Positions 1 through 9,752 of a stretch of 64,000 bases of DNA are shown piece after piece (position 1 is the first letter of the stretch; each line of letters begins with the position of its first letter). The notes under the pieces are model-generated. The model made no database searches. It worked only from the letters and a program-made list of their open reading frames with translations, and was not told the origin of the DNA. The DNA is taken from positions 4,055 to 68,054 of the forward strand of contig CAYMVO010000001.1 in assembly GCA_964393975.1 (NCBI GenBank), written 5' to 3'. The stretch comes from an uncultured Lachnospiraceae bacterium. Its GTDB lineage: Bacteria > Bacillota > Clostridia > Christensenellales > UBA1242. A program made the translations under genes and the position numbers.

Positions 1-1
1 A

Positions 2-190
2 TTGACCGAATTATTTATAATGCAAGGTATCAGTTTCGGTGCGCTAGTGAGTGGTCTATGCGTCAATGCAGGACTAGGAATGGTGTTCTTATTTAAAAAC
101 AATAAAAATATAAAAGAAAATCTATTTGTATTATCATTCTTATATGTTATGAGTGTAATGCTTGGATATATTGTTGGGTTGTTTTGTTAA
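2..190 (+). CDS. 3' end of a polytopic membrane protein (5' part outside window)
   Basis: ORF is open to the window edge. It has hydrophobic Gly-rich helices (GISFGALVSGLCVNAGLGMVFLF, FVLSFLYVMSVMLGYIVGLF). Family not identifiable. Confidence 0.45.
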   Translation: MTELFIMQGISFGALVSGLCVNAGLGMVFLFKNNKNIKENLFVLSFLYVMSVMLGYIVGLFC

Positions 191-413
191 AGCACCCTTT
201 TTTGTTGTAAAAACATCACATCAGTTTATTTAATGTATAAAATTATACTTTTTTAAAATTGGTCATTTCTTTAATTATATTTTTATCAAAATTTTGTATT
301 TAGACTTTATTTTTTATAAAAATAATGCTATAATAAACTAAAATTTTATTAGCTTATGGAGAAAGTAATTCGTTTTTTTAATGTTAATTTTAATCATTTA
401 CTGAGGAGAAAGT

Positions 414-1184
414 ATGGATAGTTTAGTATTTTACAATTTAGGTCGTTTGGCATCAACTAGCGAGATAAATTTAAGAGGGATGCAAGGTGTTATTGTGCTT
501 TTTTTAGGGAAGCATTTTGTTACTGCTTGTAAATCTTTAGGACTAAATATAGAGCTAGTGGATGTGTTGGAACCAGAAGCTTTTGAAAAGCACAAGGATG
601 AGCTAGAAATGTTGGTGAAATACATAAAATCAGTAAATACTCTATGCTCAAAAGGTGGTTGGGACACTAAGCAAGTAAATAAGTTTTTAAAAACTTTTGG
701 GGTGCGTGCTGAGATGGGCGCTATTGATAATATTAAGCAACTTTTTGACTCATTAAATCAAATGAAAGAAATAACAAACCCTTTTTCATTTAATTTGATT
801 TGTAGTGGCTTGATAAATATATATTTTGTGAATAATGGCTACTTAAAATATCCTGTTATTGATTGTGTTAAGGAGCTTAATGATAGCGGTCTAATATATG
901 CTTTGGAGTCATCTTTAAAGACGATTAATATGATTAAAAAACTCGTTAAGACTGACAAAGAAAAGCTATTAGATTACACCAAATCAGTACCAAATATGTT
1001 TGATTATGCTATTACAAATCCTGTATTTGACGTCGGGATGAGTATTGAAGATACAAAGCTCAGTTTTGCGACTGCTAGCAAGGTTGTTGGTGTGCTTGAA
1101 AAAGAAAAAATTTTACAAAAAATCAGTGGAAATATGCGATATCGTGTATATAAATATTCCGCGTTATTAGATTTATTTAAGTAG
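414..1184 (+). CDS. Fic/Doc-fold-like protein with degenerate active-site motif and C-terminal wHTH-like tail
   Basis: GAGGAG Shine-Dalgarno (SD) sequence lies just upstream of the ATG. The Fic-like helix context LINxxxVNNGYxxxPVI is retained, but the motif position reads NPFSFNLICSGL instead of HxFx(D/E)GNGRxxR. The C-terminal segment SFATASKVVGVLEKEKILQKISGNMRYRVYKY resembles a winged helix. Confidence 0.45.
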   Translation: MDSLVFYNLGRLASTSEINLRGMQGVIVLFLGKHFVTACKSLGLNIELVDVLEPEAFEKHKDELEMLVKYIKSVNTLCSKGGWDTKQVNKFLKTFGVRAEMGAIDNIKQLFDSLNQMKEITNPFSFNLICSGLINIYFVNNGYLKYPVIDCVKELNDSGLIYALESSLKTINMIKKLVKTDKEKLLDYTKSVPNMFDYAITNPVFDVGMSIEDTKLSFATASKVVGVLEKEKILQKISGNMRYRVYKYSALLDLFK

Positions 1185-1318
1185 GCGTCTTTAGAAAATC
1201 ACTTATACGTTACCTTTGACAATGCAAATATTAATAAAAAACCAGTGTTTTAAAAAGAAATTTGTGTGTCTATTAACTAAAAAATCAATATTATTGGTAT
1301 AAAAATTAATTACCCATA

Positions 1319-1347
1319 TTGACTTTTTTAAAGTTTAATAGTATAAT
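1319..1347 (+). promoter_or_regulatory. sigmaA-type promoter (TTGACT-17-TATAAT)
   Basis: Near-consensus -35 at 1319-1324 and consensus -10 at 1342-1347 with 17-nt spacing. It lies ~180 nt upstream of the ATG at 1527. Confidence 0.55.
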
Positions 1348-1526
1348 ACAAATGTGAAGTCACTGAATTGGGTGAGGTTTACTTGATTGTAATAAAACAC
1401 TGAGGGAAATATATTGTTATGCACTATTTTGTGAATTAGTTAATAATCTTATAGTTTACAATCTAATTACAGTCCACTATGACGTACTTTTTATACAACA
1501 ACAAACTAAATATTAGGGAGAGATTT

Positions 1527-2456
1527 ATGAAATTGTTAAATGATTACGAAAAATTACAAAATGAAAATAAGATCATCACGCCACTTTTGGCTAATTGTAA
1601 ATCTAATAACAACGGCAGTGCTATAAATATTATGAAAGAACACAGATATGGTTTTCGTGTACTTAGACCTATAGATGATATTAATACTGAGTTTACACTA
1701 GCTAGAGTTGAGGGGAATGGTGCCATTCGTAATAGTTTGCAAGGTATAGCGAATAGTATATTTGCTAGCTTGGGGATTGAGCCTTGCGAGGTGGTTTTAT
1801 ATAAGGAACCGAATAATATAAATGATATTTATAGCGGTTCTTATAGTCACAGAGAGGGTTTTATTTATTATAACTTAGGTAATTTTTCATATAATGAAGA
1901 TTGCGGCAAGCATGTGGGTGCGAGCGTATATGCTAATTTGATTAAATTATGTGTGGATAGAGCAAGGTTTATTGAATTGGCAGAATATATAAACAATTCT
2001 AAAAATTATAACGCCTATGAAAAGGCGGTGAATAGTTACTTTATCGCATCTAAGAGCATTGAAGCGTTTAAAAAATTGAATAATATTAAAGAGGATGTTT
2101 CGCAAATAAATTTTAATAAATTTGATAGTTTTTATAGAGTAATGGACGTATTAAGTAGGACTAATGATGATATGTTAAATGCGCAATTAAGACCTATAAT
2201 GAAAGAGGAACTATCTGAAATCGCTAAAGCGAATACGAGAAGATTAGCATCTCAATTAATCGCTGATTATAAGAGTAATATGGAGGAGTTTGGTTGCTAT
2301 TTTGATGGCGTAGTAAGTAATAAAGTGAAAAATAGTATAGATTTGAAAGAAAACTCTAATGATTTATTGTATTTGCAAAACGCTCTTGAGGTCAAGATAA
2401 ATAGATTAAAGGATATATACGCTGAAAAAGATAATTTACAAGATAGAGGCTTGTAA
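1527..2456 (+). CDS. hypothetical protein (orphan, no recognisable motif)
   Basis: 309-aa ORF. I moved the start to ATG 1527, which follows a GGGAGAG SD; the track start at 1479 has none. It has its own promoter and is followed by a strong terminator. Confidence 0.6.
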   Translation: MKLLNDYEKLQNENKIITPLLANCKSNNNGSAINIMKEHRYGFRVLRPIDDINTEFTLARVEGNGAIRNSLQGIANSIFASLGIEPCEVVLYKEPNNINDIYSGSYSHREGFIYYNLGNFSYNEDCGKHVGASVYANLIKLCVDRARFIELAEYINNSKNYNAYEKAVNSYFIASKSIEAFKKLNNIKEDVSQINFNKFDSFYRVMDVLSRTNDDMLNAQLRPIMKEELSEIAKANTRRLASQLIADYKSNMEEFGCYFDGVVSNKVKNSIDLKENSNDLLYLQNALEVKINRLKDIYAEKDNLQDRGL

Positions 2457-2460
2457 AATA

Positions 2461-2487
2461 AAAGCACGAATTTTGTCGTGCTTTTTT
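2461..2487. terminator. bidirectional rho-independent terminator
   Basis: AAAGCACGA-attttg-TCGTGCTTT hairpin flanked by A and T runs, between convergent genes (1527-2456 on + and dnaI on -). Confidence 0.75.
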
Positions 2488-3397
2488 ATATGTTTATTCT
2501 ATTATCTTGACCTGATACTAGGATAGGTACACTCTTGCTTTTATCAAACATCCTACTAAATATTCTCTCATCGTAAATATTTAAAATCGCTTCTGGAGTC
2601 AAATTTGTGGTGAAAATTGTCAATTTGTCTTTTTGATTTCTAGAATTAATCAAAAATAAAAGATATTCATTTGTAACATTTTTTAGTTTTGGTTCTGCGC
2701 CAAGGTCATCTATCACCAATAGGTCGCTAGTTAGTAGCGGTTCTAAAATGTTTTGTTTTTCTTCTACTGATGCTAAATGATAGTTTAAAAAATCTTGATT
2801 AAGTCTAGCGGATGATATGAAAAGTGCTACAAAATCTTTTTTAATAAAATAATTAGTAATTGCCTCAGCCATACGAGTCTTGCCAACACCCGAAGAGCCA
2901 CTTAATATTATCTTATTAAATTTAAGATTAGGAAATGATACGCATATTTTTTCTAGTTTGTCTATTAAATTTTCTGGTTGTTTATCGCAATCTTTAAATT
3001 CTATTTCCTCTAAGACACCATTTATATCATTTAGCTTTTTTGCTAATTTTTGTCTATAACAATTACAATATTCACCATTAGGTAGTATACCCTCATCACC
3101 ACAAACATTACAATCAAATTGAGGAGTTAAATCATTACTAGTAAAGCCAATTTTTATCAAAATGAGGTCCATTTTTTTCTTTAAACTATCCATTTGAGAG
3201 AGTATTTGCTTTTCATCTAGTCCATTTATTCTTGCTTTTGCCAAATCTATTTTTAGTCCACCCAACTTGTTAGCTGAGTCTAGATATTCTTGATTTTGAT
3301 AGGCTAAGTGTTTGTTGCGTTCCGCTTGGTTTATAGCGTTTTGTCTTTGTTTTCTAATATCATTTAATATTGATTTTTTTATTTCACTTATGTTCAC
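2486..3397 (-). CDS. dnaI: DnaI/DnaC-family replicative helicase loader
   Basis: Walker A GSSGVGKT and Walker B LLVIDDLGAE are present. There is an N-terminal Cys cluster (CNVCGDEG...CNCY). The GTG start is coupled to the upstream gene's stop (GAGGTGTAGAGTG). Confidence 0.8.
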   Translation of the reverse strand: MNISEIKKSILNDIRKQRQNAINQAERNKHLAYQNQEYLDSANKLGGLKIDLAKARINGLDEKQILSQMDSLKKKMDLILIKIGFTSNDLTPQFDCNVCGDEGILPNGEYCNCYRQKLAKKLNDINGVLEEIEFKDCDKQPENLIDKLEKICVSFPNLKFNKIILSGSSGVGKTRMAEAITNYFIKKDFVALFISSARLNQDFLNYHLASVEEKQNILEPLLTSDLLVIDDLGAEPKLKNVTNEYLLFLINSRNQKDKLTIFTTNLTPEAILNIYDERIFSRMFDKSKSVPILVSGQDNRINI

Positions 3398-3398
3398 T

Positions 3399-4841
3399 CT
3401 ACACCTCTATATTATCAATGTTTTTAAATAATGAATTTAATTCTTCAGGGGAGTAACTATGCGATGTTACTTTATTCTTTGTAGGTGCTTCAAAATCTTT
3501 TGTGTCCTTCTCTGCTTGCTCTACGGTCTTAATATTGCTATCATTATAATGATGTAGTATCTTATTTAAATACTGCATAGGTTGTACCTTTTGACTAGAT
3601 TTTGTTATGGCATAATCTAACAATTCCTTTGATACATTAAACTTTTCTGTCCATATTTTGTACATATCTCTATCAAAAGTATTTACCGCTCTAGTGGTTC
3701 CTAACTTTTCTAAAATAATCTTGATATTAGCATCAATATCCGCTAAATCATTCATATATTCATTTAGTGCGTCTATAGTTATTATACCGAGGCGATAAAA
3801 TTTGTCTAATTTTGAGTCCATACCTTCTAGAGTCCTTGTAGATGTTTTAAAGCAATATGTAGCAATTTCTCCTAACACATCGCTTGTAAACCCTAGATTT
3901 AACCATTTACACACATAATTTTCTACCACAGGCTCAAGATTTTCATAATAAACACCTAATCTCGATGCGATAGTCTTTGCGATAGTGTAGTAGGTCGTTT
4001 TTTGAGTCTCATAAGACTCAATGAGTTCAATACTATTTAGTTGCATCGTATGATACTTTTGTAGCTTATTAGCTAATAATGTCAATCCAGATTTGTTTTT
4101 TGTTTTGAGTGATTTGGCGACGTAAAAAATGATGCTTTTATCAAAATTTAGTTCATTTTTTATTTTTGCCCATAAATCTCGCTCTTCAAAAGATGCGGTT
4201 CTGCGTATGCCAAATATCTTGAGTAATTCTCTTAAATCTTCATCATCAGAGAAATTGTCCTTGATTTCGTTGAGTACGGCTTCTAAAGTAAGTAGCCCTT
4301 TGTATGCCCACGATTTTGCTACGGTTAGAATATATGAATATCCAACATCGCCACCTTTTAGCTCTACGCAAAACTTTATGATTTGCATCAATGCTTGTGG
4401 ATCCATGTGCATACTTTCCAAAAAATTTATGTATTCATAATACTCGTTTGTACTAATCATTCTATTAGGCAACAACTCTTGCGCGCAATAACAAAATTCG
4501 CTATATTTTCCTTTTGTGATATCGTTTTCACCTATTTTAACCGCTTTTTTGACAGGTAAGTAGCGTATTTGAATAGGCTCAATATTTAACACCTTGACAA
4601 GACCTATATCTTGCAAATACATAAAGTATGCTATAACATCTTGCTCGCTAATGCTAAGCTTGTCCATAAAAGTCTTGATGTCGTTGCTTGGGTGAGAGGA
4701 GTTGTTGCAAAAATATAAACCCAATAAATAGGTCTTTACTGCTCCTTCTGGCGCCAAAGGCATATATTCAGTAATAAATAAATTGCTAACCTTTACACTA
4801 TCAATAATCGTGCGTTCATTAGAAAATTTGCAAAAATCCAT
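3399..4841 (-). CDS. DnaD/DnaB(B. subtilis)-type replication initiation and membrane attachment protein
   Basis: It carries repeated DnaD-like C-terminal (DnaB_2) modules, e.g. YILTVAKSWAYKGLLTLEAV and MQYLNKILHHYNDSNIKTVEQAE. It sits immediately upstream of dnaI, as in Bacilli. I moved the start to ATG 4841, which follows AAGGAGAAGG. Confidence 0.7.
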   Translation of the reverse strand: MDFCKFSNERTIIDSVKVSNLFITEYMPLAPEGAVKTYLLGLYFCNNSSHPSNDIKTFMDKLSISEQDVIAYFMYLQDIGLVKVLNIEPIQIRYLPVKKAVKIGENDITKGKYSEFCYCAQELLPNRMISTNEYYEYINFLESMHMDPQALMQIIKFCVELKGGDVGYSYILTVAKSWAYKGLLTLEAVLNEIKDNFSDDEDLRELLKIFGIRRTASFEERDLWAKIKNELNFDKSIIFYVAKSLKTKNKSGLTLLANKLQKYHTMQLNSIELIESYETQKTTYYTIAKTIASRLGVYYENLEPVVENYVCKWLNLGFTSDVLGEIATYCFKTSTRTLEGMDSKLDKFYRLGIITIDALNEYMNDLADIDANIKIILEKLGTTRAVNTFDRDMYKIWTEKFNVSKELLDYAITKSSQKVQPMQYLNKILHHYNDSNIKTVEQAEKDTKDFEAPTKNKVTSHSYSPEELNSLFKNIDNIEV

Positions 4842-4964
4842 ATCCTTCTCCTTAATATATACAAGCATTATATCACAAACGAATAAAAAGTACAACGTAA
4901 TAGTTATAATTAAGACAAACTTTTTATATAAATATTTAAAGTCAAGGAGGTTGATTGATAGTTT

Positions 4965-6437
4965 ATGAAAAGAGTTTTTGTATGCCTTATACTAGTTATG
5001 GTGTTATTCACTGGTTGTAGTACACTAGATATAGATAAACAATCACAAAACCTAACAAATTATTATATGGATGTTGATTTAAATTTTAATGAAAAGACTG
5101 CTACATTAAATGAAAAAATAGATTACTATAATAAATGTGATATCGTATTAGACGAATTAAGATTTCACTTGTATCCGAACGCATTTACATCTAGAGACTT
5201 AAGTGTTTTACCGGTGACAGAGTTTAACTATGCAAAAGCTTATCCAAACGGGTTTGATGCGGGGAGTATAAAGATAGAATCGGTCAGCATAGATAACAAA
5301 CAAATTGATTTTGAATTACTAAACGAGGACTCAATTTTAAAAATCAATTTATTAGAAGGACTATATCCTACCAAACGAGTGGAAATCAGTTTATCTGCGA
5401 AAATAAAAATCCCAAACCTAAAACATAGATTTGGTTATGCGGAAGACACACTAAATTTTTGTAATTTTTACCCGATAGCGTGTGTTTATGAAAACGGTGA
5501 GTTTATACAAGATAGGTATACTAGCAATGGGGATCCTTTTTACAGTGAAGTCAGTAATTATCTAGTAAATGTGACTTATGATTCAAATCTAAAAGTTGGT
5601 TCTACTGGGTGGCTGGAAAAATCAGTCACGGCGGATAAAACTACTAGCACATACAAAGCAAAAGTGGTGCGTGATTTTGGTATGACTTTTAGCGAAAAGT
5701 TTGAAAAACTGGAAAAAACCGTTGATGGCATTAAATACACCTACCTTTATTATGATGATGATTTAGCGGAAAAGCACTTGCAAACGATGATAGATGCTGT
5801 AAATACTTTTGGTAATCTTCTTGGTAAATATCCTTATCCCACTATTACGGCTGTAAAAAGTGATTTTATTTACGGCGGAATGGAATATCCAAATTTTGTG
5901 ATAATTAGTGATGATTTAGTGAACGAACGCGATTATCTAAACGCACTTATTCACGAGATAGGTCATCAATGGTTTTATGGGATAGTTGGAAATAACGAAG
6001 TAAAAGAAGCGTGGCTAGATGAAGGATTGACTGAGTGTATAACGGCATTGTTTTACGAATTGAACCCAAGCTACGGAGTAGAATATCAAGAAGTTGTAGC
6101 AAGTGCTCTCAGTAGTTATATGCTATTTGTTGATGTCTATGAAGATGTTTTTGGTGAAAGATTTAACACGAGTATGAATAGGAGTTTGAGTGAGTTTAAT
6201 AGTGAACCTGAGTACACTTATCTTATCTATGTAAAAGGTCTTCTTTTGCTGGATAACCTAAGGTCGGTGGTGGGAGATAGTGGATTTTTTCTAGGTTTAA
6301 AGAGTTATTACGAAAATAGTAAATTTGGTGTCGCTACGACTGATTGTTTTATCGCTATGTTTGAAAAGGCGACCAACAAAAATCTTGAAAACATTATAAA
6401 ATCGTGGCTAAATGGAAATGTGGTCATAGAAGGATAA
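4965..6437 (+). CDS. M1-family (gluzincin) zinc metallopeptidase, predicted lipoprotein
   Basis: HEIGHQWFYGIVGNNEVKEAWLDEG matches HExxH-x18-E. The N-terminal signal peptide has a lipobox-like LFTGC. Confidence 0.8.
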   Translation: MKRVFVCLILVMVLFTGCSTLDIDKQSQNLTNYYMDVDLNFNEKTATLNEKIDYYNKCDIVLDELRFHLYPNAFTSRDLSVLPVTEFNYAKAYPNGFDAGSIKIESVSIDNKQIDFELLNEDSILKINLLEGLYPTKRVEISLSAKIKIPNLKHRFGYAEDTLNFCNFYPIACVYENGEFIQDRYTSNGDPFYSEVSNYLVNVTYDSNLKVGSTGWLEKSVTADKTTSTYKAKVVRDFGMTFSEKFEKLEKTVDGIKYTYLYYDDDLAEKHLQTMIDAVNTFGNLLGKYPYPTITAVKSDFIYGGMEYPNFVIISDDLVNERDYLNALIHEIGHQWFYGIVGNNEVKEAWLDEGLTECITALFYELNPSYGVEYQEVVASALSSYMLFVDVYEDVFGERFNTSMNRSLSEFNSEPEYTYLIYVKGLLLLDNLRSVVGDSGFFLGLKSYYENSKFGVATTDCFIAMFEKATNKNLENIIKSWLNGNVVIEG

Positions 6438-6465
6438 ATTTTTGTGTGTTTTTATCTATTTGATA

Positions 6466-6494
6466 TTGACTTGAATGTAAAATTTTGTTATAAT
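6466..6494 (+). promoter_or_regulatory. sigmaA-type promoter (TTGACT-17-TGtTATAAT)
   Basis: -35 at 6466-6471 and extended -10 at 6486-6494, about 30 nt upstream of the 6526 ATG. Confidence 0.55.
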
Positions 6495-6525
6495 ACTAAT
6501 GAAAAAATAAAAAGGATGTGTCTTT

Positions 6526-9500
6526 ATGATTTTGGAATATACTGGTAGACAACTTAAAATGTTTGACGAGAGAAGATTGGATGATACTTTTTACAAGGCA
6601 TTTTTGAATGATTATAGTGCTATTAGCACGAGAGATATGATTATCAAAGAGTATGATGCTTTGACTAATTTTGACGACTTTAGCAATCTTAAAAAAGCGG
6701 AAGATATATTTTGGGCTAAGGATAAAGGCACAGTAAGGCGTCGTTCATATTTTGATAGTCAACGCAAGAATATGATTAGAAACGCAATGCAAGAATACGA
6801 TAAGTGCTTGAATAATGTTATTATTTCTTTAAAAAAGAGTGAAGTGTTAGAGGAGCAAGTAAAAAATGCGACAAATCTTTTTGCTAGACAAGATCCTGAC
6901 CAACTAAGTCCAGAAGCATTGAAGGAAGCGCAACAAACGGTTGCTAATAATAATTTAATCTCTGAATTGTATGCGAAAGGCATTTTAGGACAAACTCTAG
7001 CTGAGGCGTTTAGCATTAGTAAGGCGCTTGAGTCAACATATAAGGGTGTTGATGGTGGCAAACTAAATGAGTTGCTCAGAGGTTCAAATTTTGAGCTCGC
7101 TTATAATAAAGTCAAAAATATTGACTTGACTGATGCTTTAAATAAAAAGAATATGGAAGAGACAATTGAAAAGTTTAAAGAATTAAAGTATTCTATAACT
7201 TATCTCAAAATGAATTTATCAAATACCAATTTATTGACGGAAAATGAAAAAACCAATTATAATCTTTTTAGAAAGCGTATAAGAGAGAATGAAAAAATAA
7301 TTTTTCCTAAGTTTAGAGATGAACAATTAAAAGAGTTTGAAAAAGCAGAAAAAGTCTTAGACAAAGAAAGTCTGAGAGAGGTGTTTAATAATATACTTGT
7401 CTCTAATAGAGTACAAAGAAAGCTAACTGCACCTTGTTACAATTATTCACAAATGGATTTTAGAAACGCAAGTTTTTGTGATCGTATTTTAATGGAAGCG
7501 AGCTTTTGGACTGGGGATGAAAGAACTAAAAAAGTTTTTGCGGAAATCAAGAATAAATTTATGTATGATCCAAAAACAGTAGAAAGAGCAAATTTGTATC
7601 GTGGGTTAGTGGCTAATGTGGAAGATTTGAAATTGTCTAACAATATCTTTACAAACGGTTTAATGATTGATGAGTTCCAAAAAAGAGCTGGAGCCTACAG
7701 AAGTAAAAAAAGTAGCAATAAACCTTTTATGGAGGAGTGCAAATTTCAAGATGCAATAAATAATTCTTTTGATGCTTCATATAGGCTCATCCATAGACCA
7801 CCGTATGATAAAGATTTGACACTAGATAAAGAGGCAAAGGTAAATGATGAAATTGCTAAATTTTTGGCAAAAGAAAAGCTTCATATGTTTATGCAAGGTG
7901 TGGAAGTTTCCAATCAAATGATTGTGGAAGCGACAAATGGAGACAAGGAGCAATATGACAAACTAATAAAGGCGTCAAATTCGTTCTCTAAGTCATACGT
8001 TTCAAATGTTTATGAGGCGTTTCGTGATGTGGTGTTAAATAACAAAGTAGAGAAGTTATACAGTTATTTCAATAAAAATAATGACGCTAGTAGGATTTTG
8101 GGCAATGATGATATGCTTAGTTACGCAAAGACTTTAGCGGAATGTGAGTATTTAGTTTATTCACTTGATGAAAATCAATTTAAAGAATTTAAAAACTTAT
8201 TAGCGGAGAAAAATAAAAGTTTAAATTCAATCATTGAACCATTATATAAAGATGAAAATAATGCCTCAATCAAAAATACAATTGACGCTTTGACTATATT
8301 AAATAGAGAGCATCTACGTTCATTATCACTAGAAGACAAACAATCAATTTTCAATAGAAGACTATATACTTATGCTCATCAATACAATAACGAAGGGGTT
8401 TTATCTGCTAGGGAGCATAATGAATTTATTGAGCGTTTTAAAGGGTTTATGGACTCCGAAGACGAAATGGTCTCTGCAATTATTAAGGAACAAAGATTTG
8501 CGGATATTAGCGATAGTATTAAAAGAGGTAGTAATTTATCCGCGGGACCTACTGGACCAAGCGCACCAACTGGTGCGGGTGCATCTGTTAGAGCAGGTGA
8601 ACCTATTATGATAGCAGGTGCGCCAACTGGTGCGGGTGCTGAGCCAACTGCGTCTACGCCAGCAAAGGAACCTAGCGAAGATGCTAAGGCAAAAAAAGAA
8701 GATAAAAAACCTGAAGCAAAGGCAGAAGCAAAAGAAAAACTAGACAGTCTAAAAGAGCTACCAGATTATGAAAAAGATATGGCGACTTTAAAAGACATTA
8801 AAAAGAAATATAGCAAGGCAGATTTTGCTCAAGATAATAAAAAATTTTGGAACGGACTTGGTTTTGTTGCGTGCGTATTAATAGGTATTGCAATGGTGCT
8901 TACAGGTGCCGCTTTACCAGGGCTTGCTGCTTACGCGTTAGGTAACTTTGCGGCTATAGGTATAGGTGCCGGTTACTTTTGGACCAAGCGCGAAGAAGTC
9001 GCCGGACCACGCCGAGCTGACGCTAGACGAGTACAAGAAATTATGGATAAATATGGCATCAAGACTATACCTCAAAGAGCGTTAGGATTTTTAGGTAGGT
9101 TTAACCCATTCCAAAGGTCAATGGAGCGTAATATGGTCGAGGCACCTGAAATTTATATCAATGACGCTATAGCTAGAATGCAAAAAATGAGATGTGAAAC
9201 TGATTTGTATAATAGCACAATATGTGGTGGAACTGGTCTTGGAGAGAGTAGTGAAGTTAAAGCTGATAAAGGGGAAGAAATAGACCACGAAGCTAGTGAA
9301 AAGAAAGAGCCTGAAAAAGAAGCTATTGCTAAGACTGAGGAAACTGAAAAAGCTGAAGAGAAAAAGCCTGAAGAAAAAGCAAAAGCTCCAGAAACGGCAA
9401 GTACTGAAGAATCTAAAGGGGAGACGGTCGAAACTTTAGGCGCTGGTGATGAGTCAAAAGAAGAGGTTGAACCAACTACTTTGGAAGAACCTAAAGAAGT

Positions 9501-9699
9501 TGAAGAGAAAGAGGCTAAAACATCTACCCCAGAAGAAACTAAAGAAACCGAAGTATTGGAGAAAGGTGGGGAAACTAAAGCTCCAGAACCTAAAGAAGTG
9601 GAAGAGATTACTCCAAAAGGACTAGAGGAGGAAAAGACTCCAACAAGACAAATGACGCTAGATGACTTTGGCGGAAGGACTATGGAAAGGTGGTCTTAA
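6526..9699 (+). CDS. large orphan membrane-anchored protein (1057 aa) with low-complexity linker and acidic tail
   Basis: Uninterrupted 3.2 kb ORF. It begins with a ~650-aa helical N-terminal region without known motifs. A G/A/P/T repeat linker follows (~8536-8760), then a hydrophobic hairpin FWNGLGFVACVLIGIAMVLTGAALPGLAAYALGNFAAIGIGAGYFW (~8845-8985). The tail is E/K/T/P-rich (~9240-9696). Confidence 0.75.
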   Translation: MILEYTGRQLKMFDERRLDDTFYKAFLNDYSAISTRDMIIKEYDALTNFDDFSNLKKAEDIFWAKDKGTVRRRSYFDSQRKNMIRNAMQEYDKCLNNVIISLKKSEVLEEQVKNATNLFARQDPDQLSPEALKEAQQTVANNNLISELYAKGILGQTLAEAFSISKALESTYKGVDGGKLNELLRGSNFELAYNKVKNIDLTDALNKKNMEETIEKFKELKYSITYLKMNLSNTNLLTENEKTNYNLFRKRIRENEKIIFPKFRDEQLKEFEKAEKVLDKESLREVFNNILVSNRVQRKLTAPCYNYSQMDFRNASFCDRILMEASFWTGDERTKKVFAEIKNKFMYDPKTVERANLYRGLVANVEDLKLSNNIFTNGLMIDEFQKRAGAYRSKKSSNKPFMEECKFQDAINNSFDASYRLIHRPPYDKDLTLDKEAKVNDEIAKFLAKEKLHMFMQGVEVSNQMIVEATNGDKEQYDKLIKASNSFSKSYVSNVYEAFRDVVLNNKVEKLYSYFNKNNDASRILGNDDMLSYAKTLAECEYLVYSLDENQFKEFKNLLAEKNKSLNSIIEPLYKDENNASIKNTIDALTILNREHLRSLSLEDKQSIFNRRLYTYAHQYNNEGVLSAREHNEFIERFKGFMDSEDEMVSAIIKEQRFADISDSIKRGSNLSAGPTGPSAPTGAGASVRAGEPIMIAGAPTGAGAEPTASTPAKEPSEDAKAKKEDKKPEAKAEAKEKLDSLKELPDYEKDMATLKDIKKKYSKADFAQDNKKFWNGLGFVACVLIGIAMVLTGAALPGLAAYALGNFAAIGIGAGYFWTKREEVAGPRRADARRVQEIMDKYGIKTIPQRALGFLGRFNPFQRSMERNMVEAPEIYINDAIARMQKMRCETDLYNSTICGGTGLGESSEVKADKGEEIDHEASEKKEPEKEAIAKTEETEKAEEKKPEEKAKAPETASTEESKGETVETLGAGDESKEEVEPTTLEEPKEVEEKEAKTSTPEETKETEVLEKGGETKAPEPKEVEEITPKGLEEEKTPTRQMTLDDFGGRTMERWS
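8566..8639 (+). repeat. in-frame 17-bp perfect direct repeat (CCAACTGGTGCGGGTGC) inside the large ORF
   Basis: Copies lie at 8566-8582 and 8623-8639, 57 bp (19 codons) apart. Both encode PTGAGA in a locally GC-richer block. Confidence 0.9.
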
Positions 9700-9752
9700 A
9701 ATTTTCAATAAATTATTTGCGTTATTATTCTAATATAGTAAAACAATAGACA

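Noticed and set aside
7594-7908. ADP-ribosyltransferase-like signature in the large orphan protein (LYRG … SS … QGVEV, resembling R / STS / QxE).
   Set aside because: The spacing between elements does not fit C3/VIP2-type ARTs, and the STS equivalent is just SS in a K-rich stretch. The surrounding sequence is predicted helical rather than an ART beta core. The evidence is too weak to claim.
8372-8611. 79-aa alternative-frame ORF inside the large orphan gene. A similar one lies at 36185-36448 inside murD.
   Set aside because: Both are embedded in longer, better-supported frames, with no SD and no recognisable protein features.
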